Source: a virus
Virus record (IMG/VR): IMGVR_UViG_3300028558_000022
Span: 26,979-90,978 of that record
Length of the DNA stretch: 64,000 bases
Strand: one strand, 5' to 3'
The notes under the pieces were generated by a model. The model was not told where the DNA came from, searched no databases, and saw nothing but the letters and a program-made list of their open reading frames with translations. Within the stretch, counting starts at the first letter, position 1, and every line of letters starts with the position of its first letter. Shown here in pieces: positions 1 through 8,965 of the stretch. The translations under genes were made by a program, and so were the position numbers.

Positions 1-359
1 AAGGTTCGATGAAAACAATCCAGCCGTACCAGTCCCACGAAGACCCTTTGCTCGATGAGGCAAGAGAGCTGGCAGACTTGGCCGCCAAGCTCAAGCCGAG
101 CGAGCGTCTCTTCAACATCACCCGGTCGGGTGTGTTGAAGCTAATCAAGCGTGCTGGCAAACGTGCCGGGATTCCCGAGCACAAGCTGTTCGCTCACGTC
201 TTGAAGCACTCCATCGCCATGCAAACAATCCATACAGCCGGGATCGAGAATGTCCGGCAATGGCTGGGCCACAAGAACATTTCCAGTACGGGCGCCTACC
301 TCCGGGTATCAGACGAGGCCGCCGCGCTCGCTATCGGAAGGGCGATGACAATTGAATAG
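1..359 (+). CDS. Tyrosine recombinase (XerC/integrase-like), C-terminal part, truncated by the window edge
   Basis: HVLKHS (HxLRH-like box), LGHKNISSTGAY (His plus catalytic Tyr); frame is open to base 1. Confidence 0.85.
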   Translation, partial: GSMKTIQPYQSHEDPLLDEARELADLAAKLKPSERLFNITRSGVLKLIKRAGKRAGIPEHKLFAHVLKHSIAMQTIHTAGIENVRQWLGHKNISSTGAYLRVSDEAAALAIGRAMTIE

Positions 360-415
360 CTCCAGTTGCCTTCTACTGGCAAGCACAGGGAAAGTTGCAA
401 GCCTGAACACTGCCG

Positions 416-706
416 TTGGTTCTCCACGACTCGCTTTCACTGAAGATAGGAGAGATTTCCCCAATGCCATCAATCGAAGTCACACCGGAGGCATACAGCC
501 GGGCTTCGCGCTACGCAGCCGTTTTAGGCATCACTACTGATGAGGCGGTTAGTAAAATGGTTATCGCTTGGATGAACGACACGGGAGACATGGTTCTCTC
601 GTTCCTAGACAGGAAAGACAAGGCCCGCAAAGAGACTGGCACTTCCGCTCAGGTTATAAAAATGCCCGAGCGGGCAACTTCAACGAAAAGAACCACATCG
701 AAGTAA
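416..706 (+). CDS. Small hypothetical protein, possibly a DNA-binding regulator
   Basis: ORF with a GGAG RBS before the internal MPSIEV start; no clear motif. Confidence 0.5.
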   Translation: MVLHDSLSLKIGEISPMPSIEVTPEAYSRASRYAAVLGITTDEAVSKMVIAWMNDTGDMVLSFLDRKDKARKETGTSAQVIKMPERATSTKRTTSK

Positions 707-716
707 ACTGTAAAAA

Positions 717-734
717 GTTTGACAAATTGACGAA
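717..734. promoter_or_regulatory. Operator-like palindrome (degenerate copy), followed by a sigma70-like promoter TTGACT-17-TACGTT starting near 766
   Basis: GTTTGACAAATTGACGAA resembles copies at 3644, 6569, 14606, 16133 and 29779. Confidence 0.5.
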
Positions 735-856
735 TTAGGTTTTTTGAAAATTCACATTTAATCGCTTGACTTTTCCCCAGATTTTAAGTACGTTTAATCA
801 GTACCAAAGTAACACACCCGATAAGTCAAAAAACCATCCACCAGTGAGGTATCAAC

Positions 857-1678
857 ATGGGTCCGAAAAAAGACTATCTGTCCAACGTCACGATCATTCC
901 GCATAACGCGACAGTTGAAGCGGGTCGCTTCATGCCGAAGCAAGAGATTCAACAGATGTCGTTTCTGAAGAACGTGAAGGAACGGGATCAGGAGTTTCTC
1001 ATCGCTGAGATCAGACAAGCGGCGGCTGCGAAGCTGATGCACGAGCGGGCCGGTCTTGCGTTGGGAAGGCACATCCAGAACATCTACAATCGGTGCGAAT
1101 CCTACTCGGGCACTTTTCGCCGCACTATGGCGTATCTCGGGATCAAGGAACGCAACGCGTATCGGTACATGAAGGCGTTCGCTGGAGCCTCAAGTCAATG
1201 GCATGAAAACGTCCTGAACGCTGCGATTGTAAAGGGCCTCGACTTCCGGTCGGCTGACGAGAATAAGCCACTCGGAAAGTACACGGAAGTCGCTCGCTTA
1301 CTTCCAGCTCCGAGCCGTAACCCTGACCCAGTTGAGGCGGTTCGTTACATCGAACAGCTTGAGCAGACATACAAGGATCGCAAGCGGGCCATTAAGGAAG
1401 GAAGGGTCAAGCCGAAGGACCGTAGCCAAGAGGCCGACGATATTCAGCGCGACCCTGAGTTCCTTCTCCGTCAGAACTACCGGGGCATCAAGAACGCCCT
1501 TCAGCACGTCCCGCCGCGTCAGCGTAAGCGGTGGTTCGAGAAGCTCGTAGGCATGAGCCTGACCAATCAGGGAGTAGCAAGCGCGGTCATGTTCTCGCCG
1601 GAAGCTATCCCCGAAGACTTCAACCAAGGGCCGGGACGACCTTCCCTCCCTCAGATGGTTCATGAGAACGTTGCCTGA
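857..1678 (+). CDS. Hypothetical protein, DUF3102-like putative DNA-binding protein
   Basis: GAGG RBS; LGRHI...GTFRRTMAYLGIKERNAYRYM pattern resembles DUF3102. Confidence 0.6.
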   Translation: MGPKKDYLSNVTIIPHNATVEAGRFMPKQEIQQMSFLKNVKERDQEFLIAEIRQAAAAKLMHERAGLALGRHIQNIYNRCESYSGTFRRTMAYLGIKERNAYRYMKAFAGASSQWHENVLNAAIVKGLDFRSADENKPLGKYTEVARLLPAPSRNPDPVEAVRYIEQLEQTYKDRKRAIKEGRVKPKDRSQEADDIQRDPEFLLRQNYRGIKNALQHVPPRQRKRWFEKLVGMSLTNQGVASAVMFSPEAIPEDFNQGPGRPSLPQMVHENVA

Positions 1679-1711
1679 TCTCATGTACCGGTAGCGGCTA
1701 AGGCTATGCTT

Positions 1712-1742
1712 GAAGGGCCGGAGCGATTCGGCCCTTACTTTT
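1712..1742 (+). terminator. Rho-independent terminator
   Basis: AAGGGCCG-loop-CGGCCCTT followed by a T run. Confidence 0.7.
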
Positions 1743-1781
1743 GTGGCGCTAGATTAAAACCCTTGGGAGCTTCACCGGGCT

Positions 1782-1901
1782 ATGAAACGAAGGTTGACTC
1801 TTGGTGATGTAGTTGCTTTTGTGATTGGAGTCTCTTTACTGCTGTATGTTCTGGGCTTCACCGATCCGTACCTTGGATCGTTGCTCGGAGTGTTTAGGTG
1901 A
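1782..1901 (+). CDS. 39-aa single-pass membrane peptide (not in the ORF track)
   Basis: MKRRLTLGDVVAFVIGVSLLLYVLGFTDPYLGSLLGVFR, hand-translated. Confidence 0.4.
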   Translation: MKRRLTLGDVVAFVIGVSLLLYVLGFTDPYLGSLLGVFR

Positions 1902-2123
1902 TACGAAGTGATACGAAAAAACTTGTCCCTACAGGCCCCAAGGTATCCTCTGTATCGCGTATATCGTAAATAATAAACAGCTATCTTCCTCTCGATCAGT
2001 GGTTTGCAAGTTAAGCGCCTATCTGTCTGGTACTTAGGCGACGGCGACAAGTCGAATCCCACTCTCTCCGCCAGAGCCTTTAAAATCAATAACTTAGCAA
2101 ATGTGATACGAAGTGTGATACGA
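1898..2123. mobile_element. attP site: tRNA 3'-end core (2052-2073, probably tRNA-Ser), arm-type repeats and IHF-like site
   Basis: TCGAATCCCACTCTCTCCGCCA core; GTGATACGA(A) at 1898, 1908, 2103 and 2115; AATCAATAACTTA (WATCAANNNNTTR) at 2084-2096; directly upstream of the integrase. Confidence 0.85.
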
Positions 2124-2131
2124 TCTTCGCT

Positions 2132-3274
2132 ATGAATGTGAAGGTCAATCTCACGAAGCGTATCAATATAGACGGACAGAAGCGGTTCGTCCCAGTCGTT
2201 CAGGCGGCCAACGGTCGGATCAAAGCCGACTGGGTAGTGATCGACGGCGCCGAGCAACGGTATCCCGGTGGGAGCTTCTACATAGACTGGACCGAAGGCG
2301 GCAAGCGTCGGCGGGAATCGGTCGGCGTGAGCGCGGCGACGGCGGTTGCCCGGCAGCTCCGCAAGGAAGCTGAACTCAAGGCTAAGGGTCAAGGACTTAC
2401 CGTAACCTCTCAAGACGACCGCGACCGGCGCCTGACGGTCGAGACAGCCGTATCCGCCTATCTGGAAGAGATCGCACTCACAAAGAAGCCTAAGACCGTT
2501 TCGGCCTACACGACGAGCCTGTCCTATTTTCAAGAATCTTGTACAAAGACCTACATCGATGAGATCGAGCGGCTGGACATGATCCGGTTCCATGCGTACC
2601 TGAGGGACAAGAAGGCACAGTCCCCGCGTAGCTGCTGGAACAAATTCTCGAACGTGATGGGATTCCTGAAGGCTCAAGGTGTTCGCAAGATCGTGAAGCC
2701 GGGCGATTGGCCGAGGTACGTCGAAGAGGAGCCAGAGGCATACGAGCGGGAAGAGCTTGACAAGTTCTTCGACGCTTGTAACGACAATGAGCGTACTCTG
2801 TACGAGTTCTTCCTCATGACCGGGATGCGTGAGCAAGAGGTCATGCACGCCATGTGGCAAGACGTGAACCTCAAGCAAGGGACGATTGCGATGAAGTGGA
2901 AGCCCGAGCTTGACTGGACTCCCAAGGCGTACAAGGAACGCGAGATTCCCGTTCCTACAAAACTTTTGAAGAAGCTCGAAGATCGCCGACCGGCGAACGG
3001 ACGCGGCTTGATCTTCCCTACCTCTGGCGGCCTACCAAACGGTCACTTCCTTTTGTTCTGCAAGAACATTGCGAAGCGTGCCGGTCTCGATCCCGAGAGC
3101 TGGTGGCTTCACAAGTTCCGCGCGACGTTCGCAACGTGGCACCTTCAGGCCGGGGTCGATCTGCGGACCGTACAGAAGTGGCTCGGTCACACAGACCTTG
3201 AGTCAACTATGCGGTACCTGAAGGCCGCCCGTGGCGCCGAGGTTCAGGCGAAGGTCAACCAGACGTTCGCCTAG
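2132..3274 (+). CDS. int: Phage integrase (tyrosine recombinase)
   Basis: TGMREQE (Arg), LHKFRATF (HxxR), LGHTDLESTMRY (His/Tyr); N-terminal SAM-like region; adjacent attP. Confidence 0.95.
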   Translation: MNVKVNLTKRINIDGQKRFVPVVQAANGRIKADWVVIDGAEQRYPGGSFYIDWTEGGKRRRESVGVSAATAVARQLRKEAELKAKGQGLTVTSQDDRDRRLTVETAVSAYLEEIALTKKPKTVSAYTTSLSYFQESCTKTYIDEIERLDMIRFHAYLRDKKAQSPRSCWNKFSNVMGFLKAQGVRKIVKPGDWPRYVEEEPEAYEREELDKFFDACNDNERTLYEFFLMTGMREQEVMHAMWQDVNLKQGTIAMKWKPELDWTPKAYKEREIPVPTKLLKKLEDRRPANGRGLIFPTSGGLPNGHFLLFCKNIAKRAGLDPESWWLHKFRATFATWHLQAGVDLRTVQKWLGHTDLESTMRYLKAARGAEVQAKVNQTFA

Positions 3275-3392
3275 CTTCTCGCGCCTCTTCCCTCTCGATC
3301 TCGCGCTCAAGTTTGCAAGCGTCACATATACGCTTCCGGGAGAGTTGATCTTCAATCGGCTCTCCGCAGTCCTTACAGAGCTTTTCCCTCAT
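3255..3392 (-). CDS. 45-aa CxxC...CxxC zinc-finger peptide (not in the ORF track)
   Basis: MREKLCKDCGEPIEDQLSRKRICDACK...; start overlaps the excisionase stop. Confidence 0.55.
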   Translation of the reverse strand: MREKLCKDCGEPIEDQLSRKRICDACKLEREIEREEAREARRTSG

Positions 3393-3598
3393 TGTCTCTC
3401 CAGCCATTTAGACAGCTCTTGTGGGTCGAACCTCACCGCCGTACTGATACGGAACGATGGGATGTTCCCCCGTCTCGCCTCCCGGCGAATCATCTGAGCT
3501 GACATTCCCAGCACTCCTGCAACCTCTTCAGCCGTTAGCGCCCGTTCATAAGCTGCGATCCTTTCTCGCACACTGGGGACGTGTGTCTGTGTCGTCAT
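3389..3598 (-). CDS. xis: Excisionase-family helix-turn-helix protein
   Basis: LTAEEVAGVLGMS...IPSFRISTAVRFD (HTH_17 pattern), convergent with int. Confidence 0.85.
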   Translation of the reverse strand: MTTQTHVPSVRERIAAYERALTAEEVAGVLGMSAQMIRREARRGNIPSFRISTAVRFDPQELSKWLERQ

Positions 3599-3604
3599 AG
3601 GAAC

Positions 3605-3675
3605 ACCCTACCACAAACTATTTTCGATTGCAAGAGAAATAATGTTTGACAATTTGGCAAACTTATATTACAGTT
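3605..3675. promoter_or_regulatory. Divergent promoter region with an operator palindrome (3644-3662)
   Basis: + strand TTGACA-17-TACAGT; - strand TTGCAA-17-TAGGGT; GTTTGACAATTTGGCAAAC overlaps the + strand -35 box. Confidence 0.65.
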
Positions 3676-3680
3676 GATTT

Positions 3681-4124
3681 GTGTTCGAGACAACCCAAAC
3701 ATCCCAGCACATCGCCAGCGGTCACATGACTCACCTTCTACGCCCTAAGGAACTGAGAACGAGGATCGACCTTGCGGTCAGGGCATTGCAGACACACACC
3801 TTCGATACGATAGCGTTTCGTGGGATGTCTGGGGCGTTCCTTGGTCCGCAAATCGCAGCGTTTCTTGACAAGGAAATGATCCTTGTTCGGAAGCCCCACG
3901 ACGATACTCATTCGTTCTATAACGTTGAGGGATTCAAAGGCGCAAGGCGATACATCATCGTTGACGACTTTATATCACTGGGCGGCACAAAGCGAGCGAT
4001 CATTGAGGCTGTGTCTAAGTTCGCCCCTGATGCGAATTTCGTCGGACTGCTGCCAGTTTTAAGGATCAGGGACTATATGCTTGAACATTCTGAACGTCAC
4101 AACACGCCCTACCCTTTGGAATAA
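3681..4124 (+). CDS. Type I phosphoribosyltransferase-domain protein
   Basis: PRPP-binding loop IIVDDFISLGGT; RGMSG and LVRK motifs. Confidence 0.8.
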   Translation: MFETTQTSQHIASGHMTHLLRPKELRTRIDLAVRALQTHTFDTIAFRGMSGAFLGPQIAAFLDKEMILVRKPHDDTHSFYNVEGFKGARRYIIVDDFISLGGTKRAIIEAVSKFAPDANFVGLLPVLRIRDYMLEHSERHNTPYPLE

Positions 4125-4184
4125 ACCGAGACCATCAGGAACCCCCTGCCGGATCGGTAGTAGTGAACACTAGGAAACAACACG

Positions 4185-4538
4185 TTGCCATTCGATCAGT
4201 ACAAACAACCCCACCGTGTCTTCGTCGATACAGGACGCAAATCCTACCGCATGGGAGTTCCGATAAACGGAAACCCTCACAAGATGGAACCTTTCAGAGA
4301 CCTATGGGAGAAAGGCTGGAGACTTGAGCGTCGTAAAGAAGAAGGTCAACGCTCGCAGTTCAAGCGCCCCGCAGCCCAACAAGGGCAGCAAGGCCAAGCC
4401 GAGCAAAGGGCGCCAAAGAAAGTCGGACACACCCCTTGGCGGGAACTCCGACATAAACGGAAAGAAGAGCCGAAAGGCCCAGTCCTCACCGATGGACTTG
4501 TCGCCCGCTTCAACAGACAGCATAGAACGGCCATCTAA
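4185..4538 (+). CDS. Hypothetical protein
   Basis: ORF in the early operon. Confidence 0.5.
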   Translation: MPFDQYKQPHRVFVDTGRKSYRMGVPINGNPHKMEPFRDLWEKGWRLERRKEEGQRSQFKRPAAQQGQQGQAEQRAPKKVGHTPWRELRHKRKEEPKGPVLTDGLVARFNRQHRTAI

Positions 4539-4732
4539 TCAGCTCCCTTCGGGCGGTACCGTTTCTGTCGGCGATGTGGTTATGTGTTACGACCAAGGCT
4601 GGCGAACGGGCCGCGTCGAAGAGATCATCAAAACTGCGGCGTGGATCAGGGTTACCCCTGCAATCGGTAAGGTAACTCGATCAGCCGTGATGTTTGGATT
4701 TGAAGACATTCGACAGATTGGAGGAGATTGAA

Positions 4733-5032
4733 ATGGAAACTGACATCTGTGCAGTGAATCATGGTGGTAATCCCCAAAGCGTCGCCGCGTTCCAAGGAAT
4801 CGTCCCGACCCTTCCAGCTCTTCGTAAGAAGGTGCTGTTCGCGGTAAGCGAGCTGAAGTTTGCGACCGTAAAAGAGGTCGTAGACAAGACGGGCCTTGAA
4901 CGTCTGACGGTAGGCGCCCGTCTCACCGAGTTGAAAAAGTCAGGGTTACTCACGGCAACCAATACGATCCGTGAAGGATGCCGCGTACTGACACTCTCGG
5001 AGCTGGGGAAGCAAGCAACACAGGCAGTTTAA
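4733..5032 (+). CDS. Winged-helix DNA-binding protein
   Basis: ATVKEVVDKTGLERLTVGARLTELKKSGLL; GGAG RBS. Confidence 0.7.
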   Translation: METDICAVNHGGNPQSVAAFQGIVPTLPALRKKVLFAVSELKFATVKEVVDKTGLERLTVGARLTELKKSGLLTATNTIREGCRVLTLSELGKQATQAV

Positions 5033-5039
5033 GGGGTAA

Positions 5040-6401
5040 ATGCTTCTCGACAACTTCATTGACCGCTTCGGCGGTATGACCGAATCCTACTACTTCTACA
5101 ACGGAGAGGTTGAGCTTCGGTACGATCCTAAGGATCACGTCTACCTGTTAGTGAACGGTGACGCTCTCGAACCACAAGACGGCGTTACAACCGTTTGTCA
5201 CATCATCGACAAATCTGAGGCCCTGATTCCTTGGGCCTGTAAGCAGATGGCAACCAAGCTCCTCACGGACTTGACCATTGTGTTGCCGGACGGTCAGAAA
5301 CAGCTCCGTCAAGTCACTTACCAAGACTTTGAGAATCTCGTCATCGCAGCGAAGACGGCCCATCGCGACCGGCTTGAAGAGGCCGGAGAAGTCGGGCACA
5401 TCGCGCACGCGTGGATCGAGATGTACATCAAGGCGATCCTTGCGAACGATCAGTCTCGACAAGAGGAATTGCTTGCCAAGTTCCCAGATGACGAACGGGC
5501 ACGTAACTGTTGCTTCGCCGCTCTCGGGTGGATGAAGAATCACAACGTCCGGTGGATCGGTACCGAACGTAAAATCTACAGCCGCAAATGGAAGTACGCC
5601 GGTACACTCGACGGTCTGTGCGTTGTGGACTCGTGTAGCGATCCGAAATGCTGTCCGCGTCCGTTCAAGGATCGGCTAACGGTCTCGGACTGGAAGACGA
5701 GCAACTATCTGTACAAAGAGTACAGACTACAGACCGCAGCGTATCAATACGCCTACGAGGAAGAAACCGGCGAGAAGATTCAGGATCGCTGGATCATCCG
5801 GCTCGGTAAGGAAGACGCCGAGTTCGATCCGTGGCACGTCGAAGCTGACCAATACTATCGGGACTTCCAAGCATTCCGGCTCGCGCTCGAACTGAGGCGC
5901 ACGGTCGGCGAGATCGACGAAAACATTCAAGCTCGCGACAAGGCCCGCAGAGAAGCTGAGAAGGCGGAGAGACAAGCGGCCAAGGCTGAGGCGGAACGAC
6001 TGAAGCGCGAAGAGCGTGAGAAGCGCAAGGCCGAAGAGAAGGCAGCCCGAGAAGCGGCTCTCAAAGTCGCGTGCCCGAACTCGAAGAAATACAAGGGCCT
6101 CAAGAAACCGCGCTGCAATGGAGGAGAACCATGCGAGACGTGCCTGAAGAAGTATGCGGAAGTACAGGCAGCCAAGCCGAAGAAAGAACCGAAGAAAAAG
6201 AAGGTCAAGGGTGGCGTCCAGAACCTATTATCCGTACTGGACCCCGCTTCATCCTCACTATCGACGGAGACCTCAACACTCCCAATTTCGGAATCAAGTT
6301 CCGACACGAACACTGGAGCTTGTATCTCGGATACATCGGATTCAATCTCATCTGGGGAAAGTTCCGGGACAGCTTCATCGACACTTTCGACGCCGGACTA
6401 G
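5040..6401 (+). CDS. PD-(D/E)XK exonuclease-family protein with a coiled-coil/Cys-rich C-terminus
   Basis: GVTTV, GHIAH, YAGTLD, DWKTSN and LQTAAY motifs. Confidence 0.8.
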   Translation: MLLDNFIDRFGGMTESYYFYNGEVELRYDPKDHVYLLVNGDALEPQDGVTTVCHIIDKSEALIPWACKQMATKLLTDLTIVLPDGQKQLRQVTYQDFENLVIAAKTAHRDRLEEAGEVGHIAHAWIEMYIKAILANDQSRQEELLAKFPDDERARNCCFAALGWMKNHNVRWIGTERKIYSRKWKYAGTLDGLCVVDSCSDPKCCPRPFKDRLTVSDWKTSNYLYKEYRLQTAAYQYAYEEETGEKIQDRWIIRLGKEDAEFDPWHVEADQYYRDFQAFRLALELRRTVGEIDENIQARDKARREAEKAERQAAKAEAERLKREEREKRKAEEKAAREAALKVACPNSKKYKGLKKPRCNGGEPCETCLKKYAEVQAAKPKKEPKKKKVKGGVQNLLSVLDPASSSLSTETSTLPISESSSDTNTGACISDTSDSISSGESSGTASSTLSTPD

Positions 6402-6439
6402 AGGCGCGTCGAACATCTAAGACCTAACGAAAGGACAAC

Positions 6440-6574
6440 ATGACCACACTTTCACGTCAGCTCCGTCGTATCGACAAACAACCGGAAGATCGCCGCATCT
6501 CTGAGGATGCCATCCGTGCTGCTCATAAAATGCGTCGCAAAGCGCGGAAGGCTCGCGCTAAGGCCAAAGTTTGA
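6440..6574 (+). CDS. 44-aa basic peptide (not in the ORF track)
   Basis: AAGGA RBS; MTTLSRQLRRIDKQPEDRRISEDAIRAAHKMRRKARKARAKAKV. Confidence 0.55.
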   Translation: MTTLSRQLRRIDKQPEDRRISEDAIRAAHKMRRKARKARAKAKV

Positions 6575-6632
6575 CAATTTGTCAAGAACCGTATCGAATA
6601 CGCTTGACAAATCGAAAATAATATAGTACGAT
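6569..6632 (+). promoter_or_regulatory. Operator palindrome (6569-6586) plus promoter TTGACA-17-TACGAT (6604-6632)
   Basis: GTTTGACAATTTGTCAAG followed by a near-consensus sigma70 promoter before the SSB-like gene. Confidence 0.7.
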
Positions 6633-6686
6633 GGAGAAGTAAATCAGACGTTCGTCTGATCGGTGTCAAATTCACACAGGAGATAA

Positions 6687-7559
6687 ATGAGCAGTGAACT
6701 CGTTCAGGTAAATGCTGCCGAATCAGCATTAGTCCAAGCGCCCGTAGGCGGACTTGGCGTAGACTTCAACAATCCCCTCATGCGGGTAAAGCCCGCAACT
6801 CTGGTTATTAACCAGCCCACCACACAGGCGGAAGACGCCATCAAGGGCAAGCTCCGCATCCTTGAGACCGGCGATCAGTATGACGAACTCTACGTCACGC
6901 TTCTGGACATGCCTGTCGAAAAGCGCACATGGTACGCCGGTAAACCCGGTGAACTCAACCGCACGGCTGAGAACCTGATGTGCTTCTCCAACAACGTCAT
7001 TCGCGACGCCAATAAGCGCGAGCTGCAAGGCCCTGACCCGAAGGCCAAGGTTCCCGGTGCGCTCAAGTGCAATGGCTGTCCCAAAGCATCGTGGGAAAAG
7101 TGGCGTCAGACCAAGTTACAGGAAGACATTCCGCCTTGTGAATCGTTCTTCTACGTGACGCTGATCGACACGAACTACAAGATGCCGCTTCGTTGGTATG
7201 TTCGCTCCGGCGCCAAAGACCCATTCGAGTCTGCGCTTCAGAACGTAGCCCGTAAGCTCTTCATGATGCGTGCAAAGGGCGGCAACCCGAACATCTTCGA
7301 CATCGGCTTCAAGATCAAAACGGACAAGCGGACCAAGAACAATAAGACGACTTATGTTCCGGTGTTCTCTGGATTCGATGAGATCACACCCGAGCAAAAG
7401 GCAGACTTCGGTGACATCTTCGCTCAGTACGTTGCGTTCAAGACCGCTCCGGCGCCTGAACAGACCGTAGAGGATGCGGTTGTCGAGTCCCAGTCAAGCA
7501 TCAACGGCGAAGTCGTTGAGCCTTCCGGTCCCGCTCCTACTGGCGAGATCACGATCTAA
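6687..7559 (+). CDS. Putative ssDNA-binding/annealing protein
   Basis: Follows the exonuclease; CxxC; acidic, flexible C-terminal tail; function inferred from context. Confidence 0.5.
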   Translation: MSSELVQVNAAESALVQAPVGGLGVDFNNPLMRVKPATLVINQPTTQAEDAIKGKLRILETGDQYDELYVTLLDMPVEKRTWYAGKPGELNRTAENLMCFSNNVIRDANKRELQGPDPKAKVPGALKCNGCPKASWEKWRQTKLQEDIPPCESFFYVTLIDTNYKMPLRWYVRSGAKDPFESALQNVARKLFMMRAKGGNPNIFDIGFKIKTDKRTKNNKTTYVPVFSGFDEITPEQKADFGDIFAQYVAFKTAPAPEQTVEDAVVESQSSINGEVVEPSGPAPTGEITI

Positions 7560-7561
7560 CA

Positions 7562-7828
7562 AAAGCTCTCCGGCCCGCCTGTAAGAGGGTAATCGGTCGG
7601 TGAGGGGTGCGGGTGGCACCCAGCCGTGAGGCAAAGCCACCAAGGATCAAGTCCTCCGGGGATGAAAACTGGTACGCGAGTCCGAGCTTGGATGCGTGCC
7701 CATTGGACTGCGGGACAAGCTACCACAACACAAAAGCGAGAAGACGTGGGACGGAGAATCGTTCAGAACGCCTTAGGGCAGTGATGGGCATACATCAAGC
7801 CGTCGAATCAGGCTCGCTCCAATTGGAG
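7562..7828 (+). ncRNA. Candidate structured ncRNA or leader upstream of the RNA ligase
   Basis: At least 8 hand-found nested stems, including a GNRA tetraloop; no family recognised. Confidence 0.5.
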
Positions 7829-7834
7829 GCGGAA

Positions 7835-8965
7835 GTGTACCTAAAAGACTACATGGATGTGGACAAGCTCCGCATGTATGAAGACGAAGGAATCATAGAT
7901 CGGCGAGGTCATCGTACCCTTCCGCTCAACATCTACACATTCTCGAAGAGGGCAGTTTACGAGAATCTCTGGGACGACATCACGACAAAGTGTCGCGGCC
8001 TAATCGTTCACCACAGTACCGAAGAGATCATCGCGCGGCCATTCGAGAAGTTCTTCAACATCGACACGGACTATCGCCCGGAGACTCACCGGGCCAATCT
8101 CCCAGACGCTCAACCAATCGTCTCAGAAAAGCTCGACGGTTCGTTGGGAATCCTCTGGCGCTGGGGCGGTCAACAGGGGATCGCTACAAAGGGATCGTTC
8201 CACTCAGAACAGGCGGAGTGGGCCACAAAGACGTACAACCGGTACTACCCGTTCTCGAAGTGGCCGGAAGGCTACACGCCCGTTTTCGAGATCATCAACG
8301 AATCCATTCAGCATCACGTTGTCCACTACCACGGATACAACGATCTTGTGCTCTTGGCGCTGATTGAGAACAAAACCGGTATGGAGCTTAACGAGCATTC
8401 GCTACAGCTCTGGGCACGGATGAACGGAATATCTGTGTCCAAGACCTATAACAAGTCTCTGGATGCAGTGCTGGCAGAAGATCGGAAGAACCATGAGGGA
8501 TACGTTCTATCATGGCCGCGTCTTGGCCGCACGCCGCTCAAGATCAAGGTGAAGCACAAGAGCTTTCTCGATCTTCAGAAGGTCGTTCACGCTGCTACAC
8601 CCGGCGCGATTCTCGAAGCTCTCAAGACTGGGAATGTCGATCTACTCAACACTTGGATCGGACAGACGAACGAACCTATCGGCCAATGGGTCAAGAGCTG
8701 GCTTGTCAGGCTGAATGGTAAGTACGGCGAGATTCTCATCAAGAGCAACAACGCTTACAAGCAAGCTCTCTTCGGCGCCAACCCTTCCGAATCCCGCAAA
8801 GCATTTGCGCTTTACGTGAAGGAACACGCACCGGAATACGCATCGATATGCTTTGCGATGCTCGACGGTAAGGATCACAAGACTCTCGTATGGAAGAAGG
8901 TTGAAGAAAACTTCGATGCGGAGCTGTCCAAGCCGTTCGCTATTGAGGAGGCCAAAGCAGCATGA
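7835..8965 (+). CDS. RNA ligase, T4 Rnl1 (RnlA) family
   Basis: CRGLIV, ARPFEKFFN, EKLDGSLG (KxDG), ATKGSF, EGYVL, KIKVK; GTG start after GGAGG (the ORF-track start at 7607 is probably too long). Confidence 0.9.
   Translation: MYLKDYMDVDKLRMYEDEGIIDRRGHRTLPLNIYTFSKRAVYENLWDDITTKCRGLIVHHSTEEIIARPFEKFFNIDTDYRPETHRANLPDAQPIVSEKLDGSLGILWRWGGQQGIATKGSFHSEQAEWATKTYNRYYPFSKWPEGYTPVFEIINESIQHHVVHYHGYNDLVLLALIENKTGMELNEHSLQLWARMNGISVSKTYNKSLDAVLAEDRKNHEGYVLSWPRLGRTPLKIKVKHKSFLDLQKVVHAATPGAILEALKTGNVDLLNTWIGQTNEPIGQWVKSWLVRLNGKYGEILIKSNNAYKQALFGANPSESRKAFALYVKEHAPEYASICFAMLDGKDHKTLVWKKVEENFDAELSKPFAIEEAKAA

Noticed and set aside
2000-2073. Complete tRNA gene
   Set aside because: Only the T-arm/acceptor 3' 22 nt are tRNA-like; no D-arm or anticodon arm upstream. 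It is the att core.
1898-2123. CRISPR array or iterons
   Set aside because: Only two pairs of 9-10 bp repeats flanking the att core; no repeat-spacer periodicity noticed anywhere in the window
1772-2878. 368-aa minus-strand ORF and other long antisense ORFs (e.g. 8875-9702, 19802-20584, 21455-22195, 55839-56609)
   Set aside because: Shadow frames of well-supported genes on the opposite strand; no motifs
7607-7830. Group II intron, RNase P or hammerhead identity for the structured region
   Set aside because: It has GTGCG and AGTCCGAGC-like words, but no convincing domain V, GAGGAAAGUCC or CUGANGA/GAAA core
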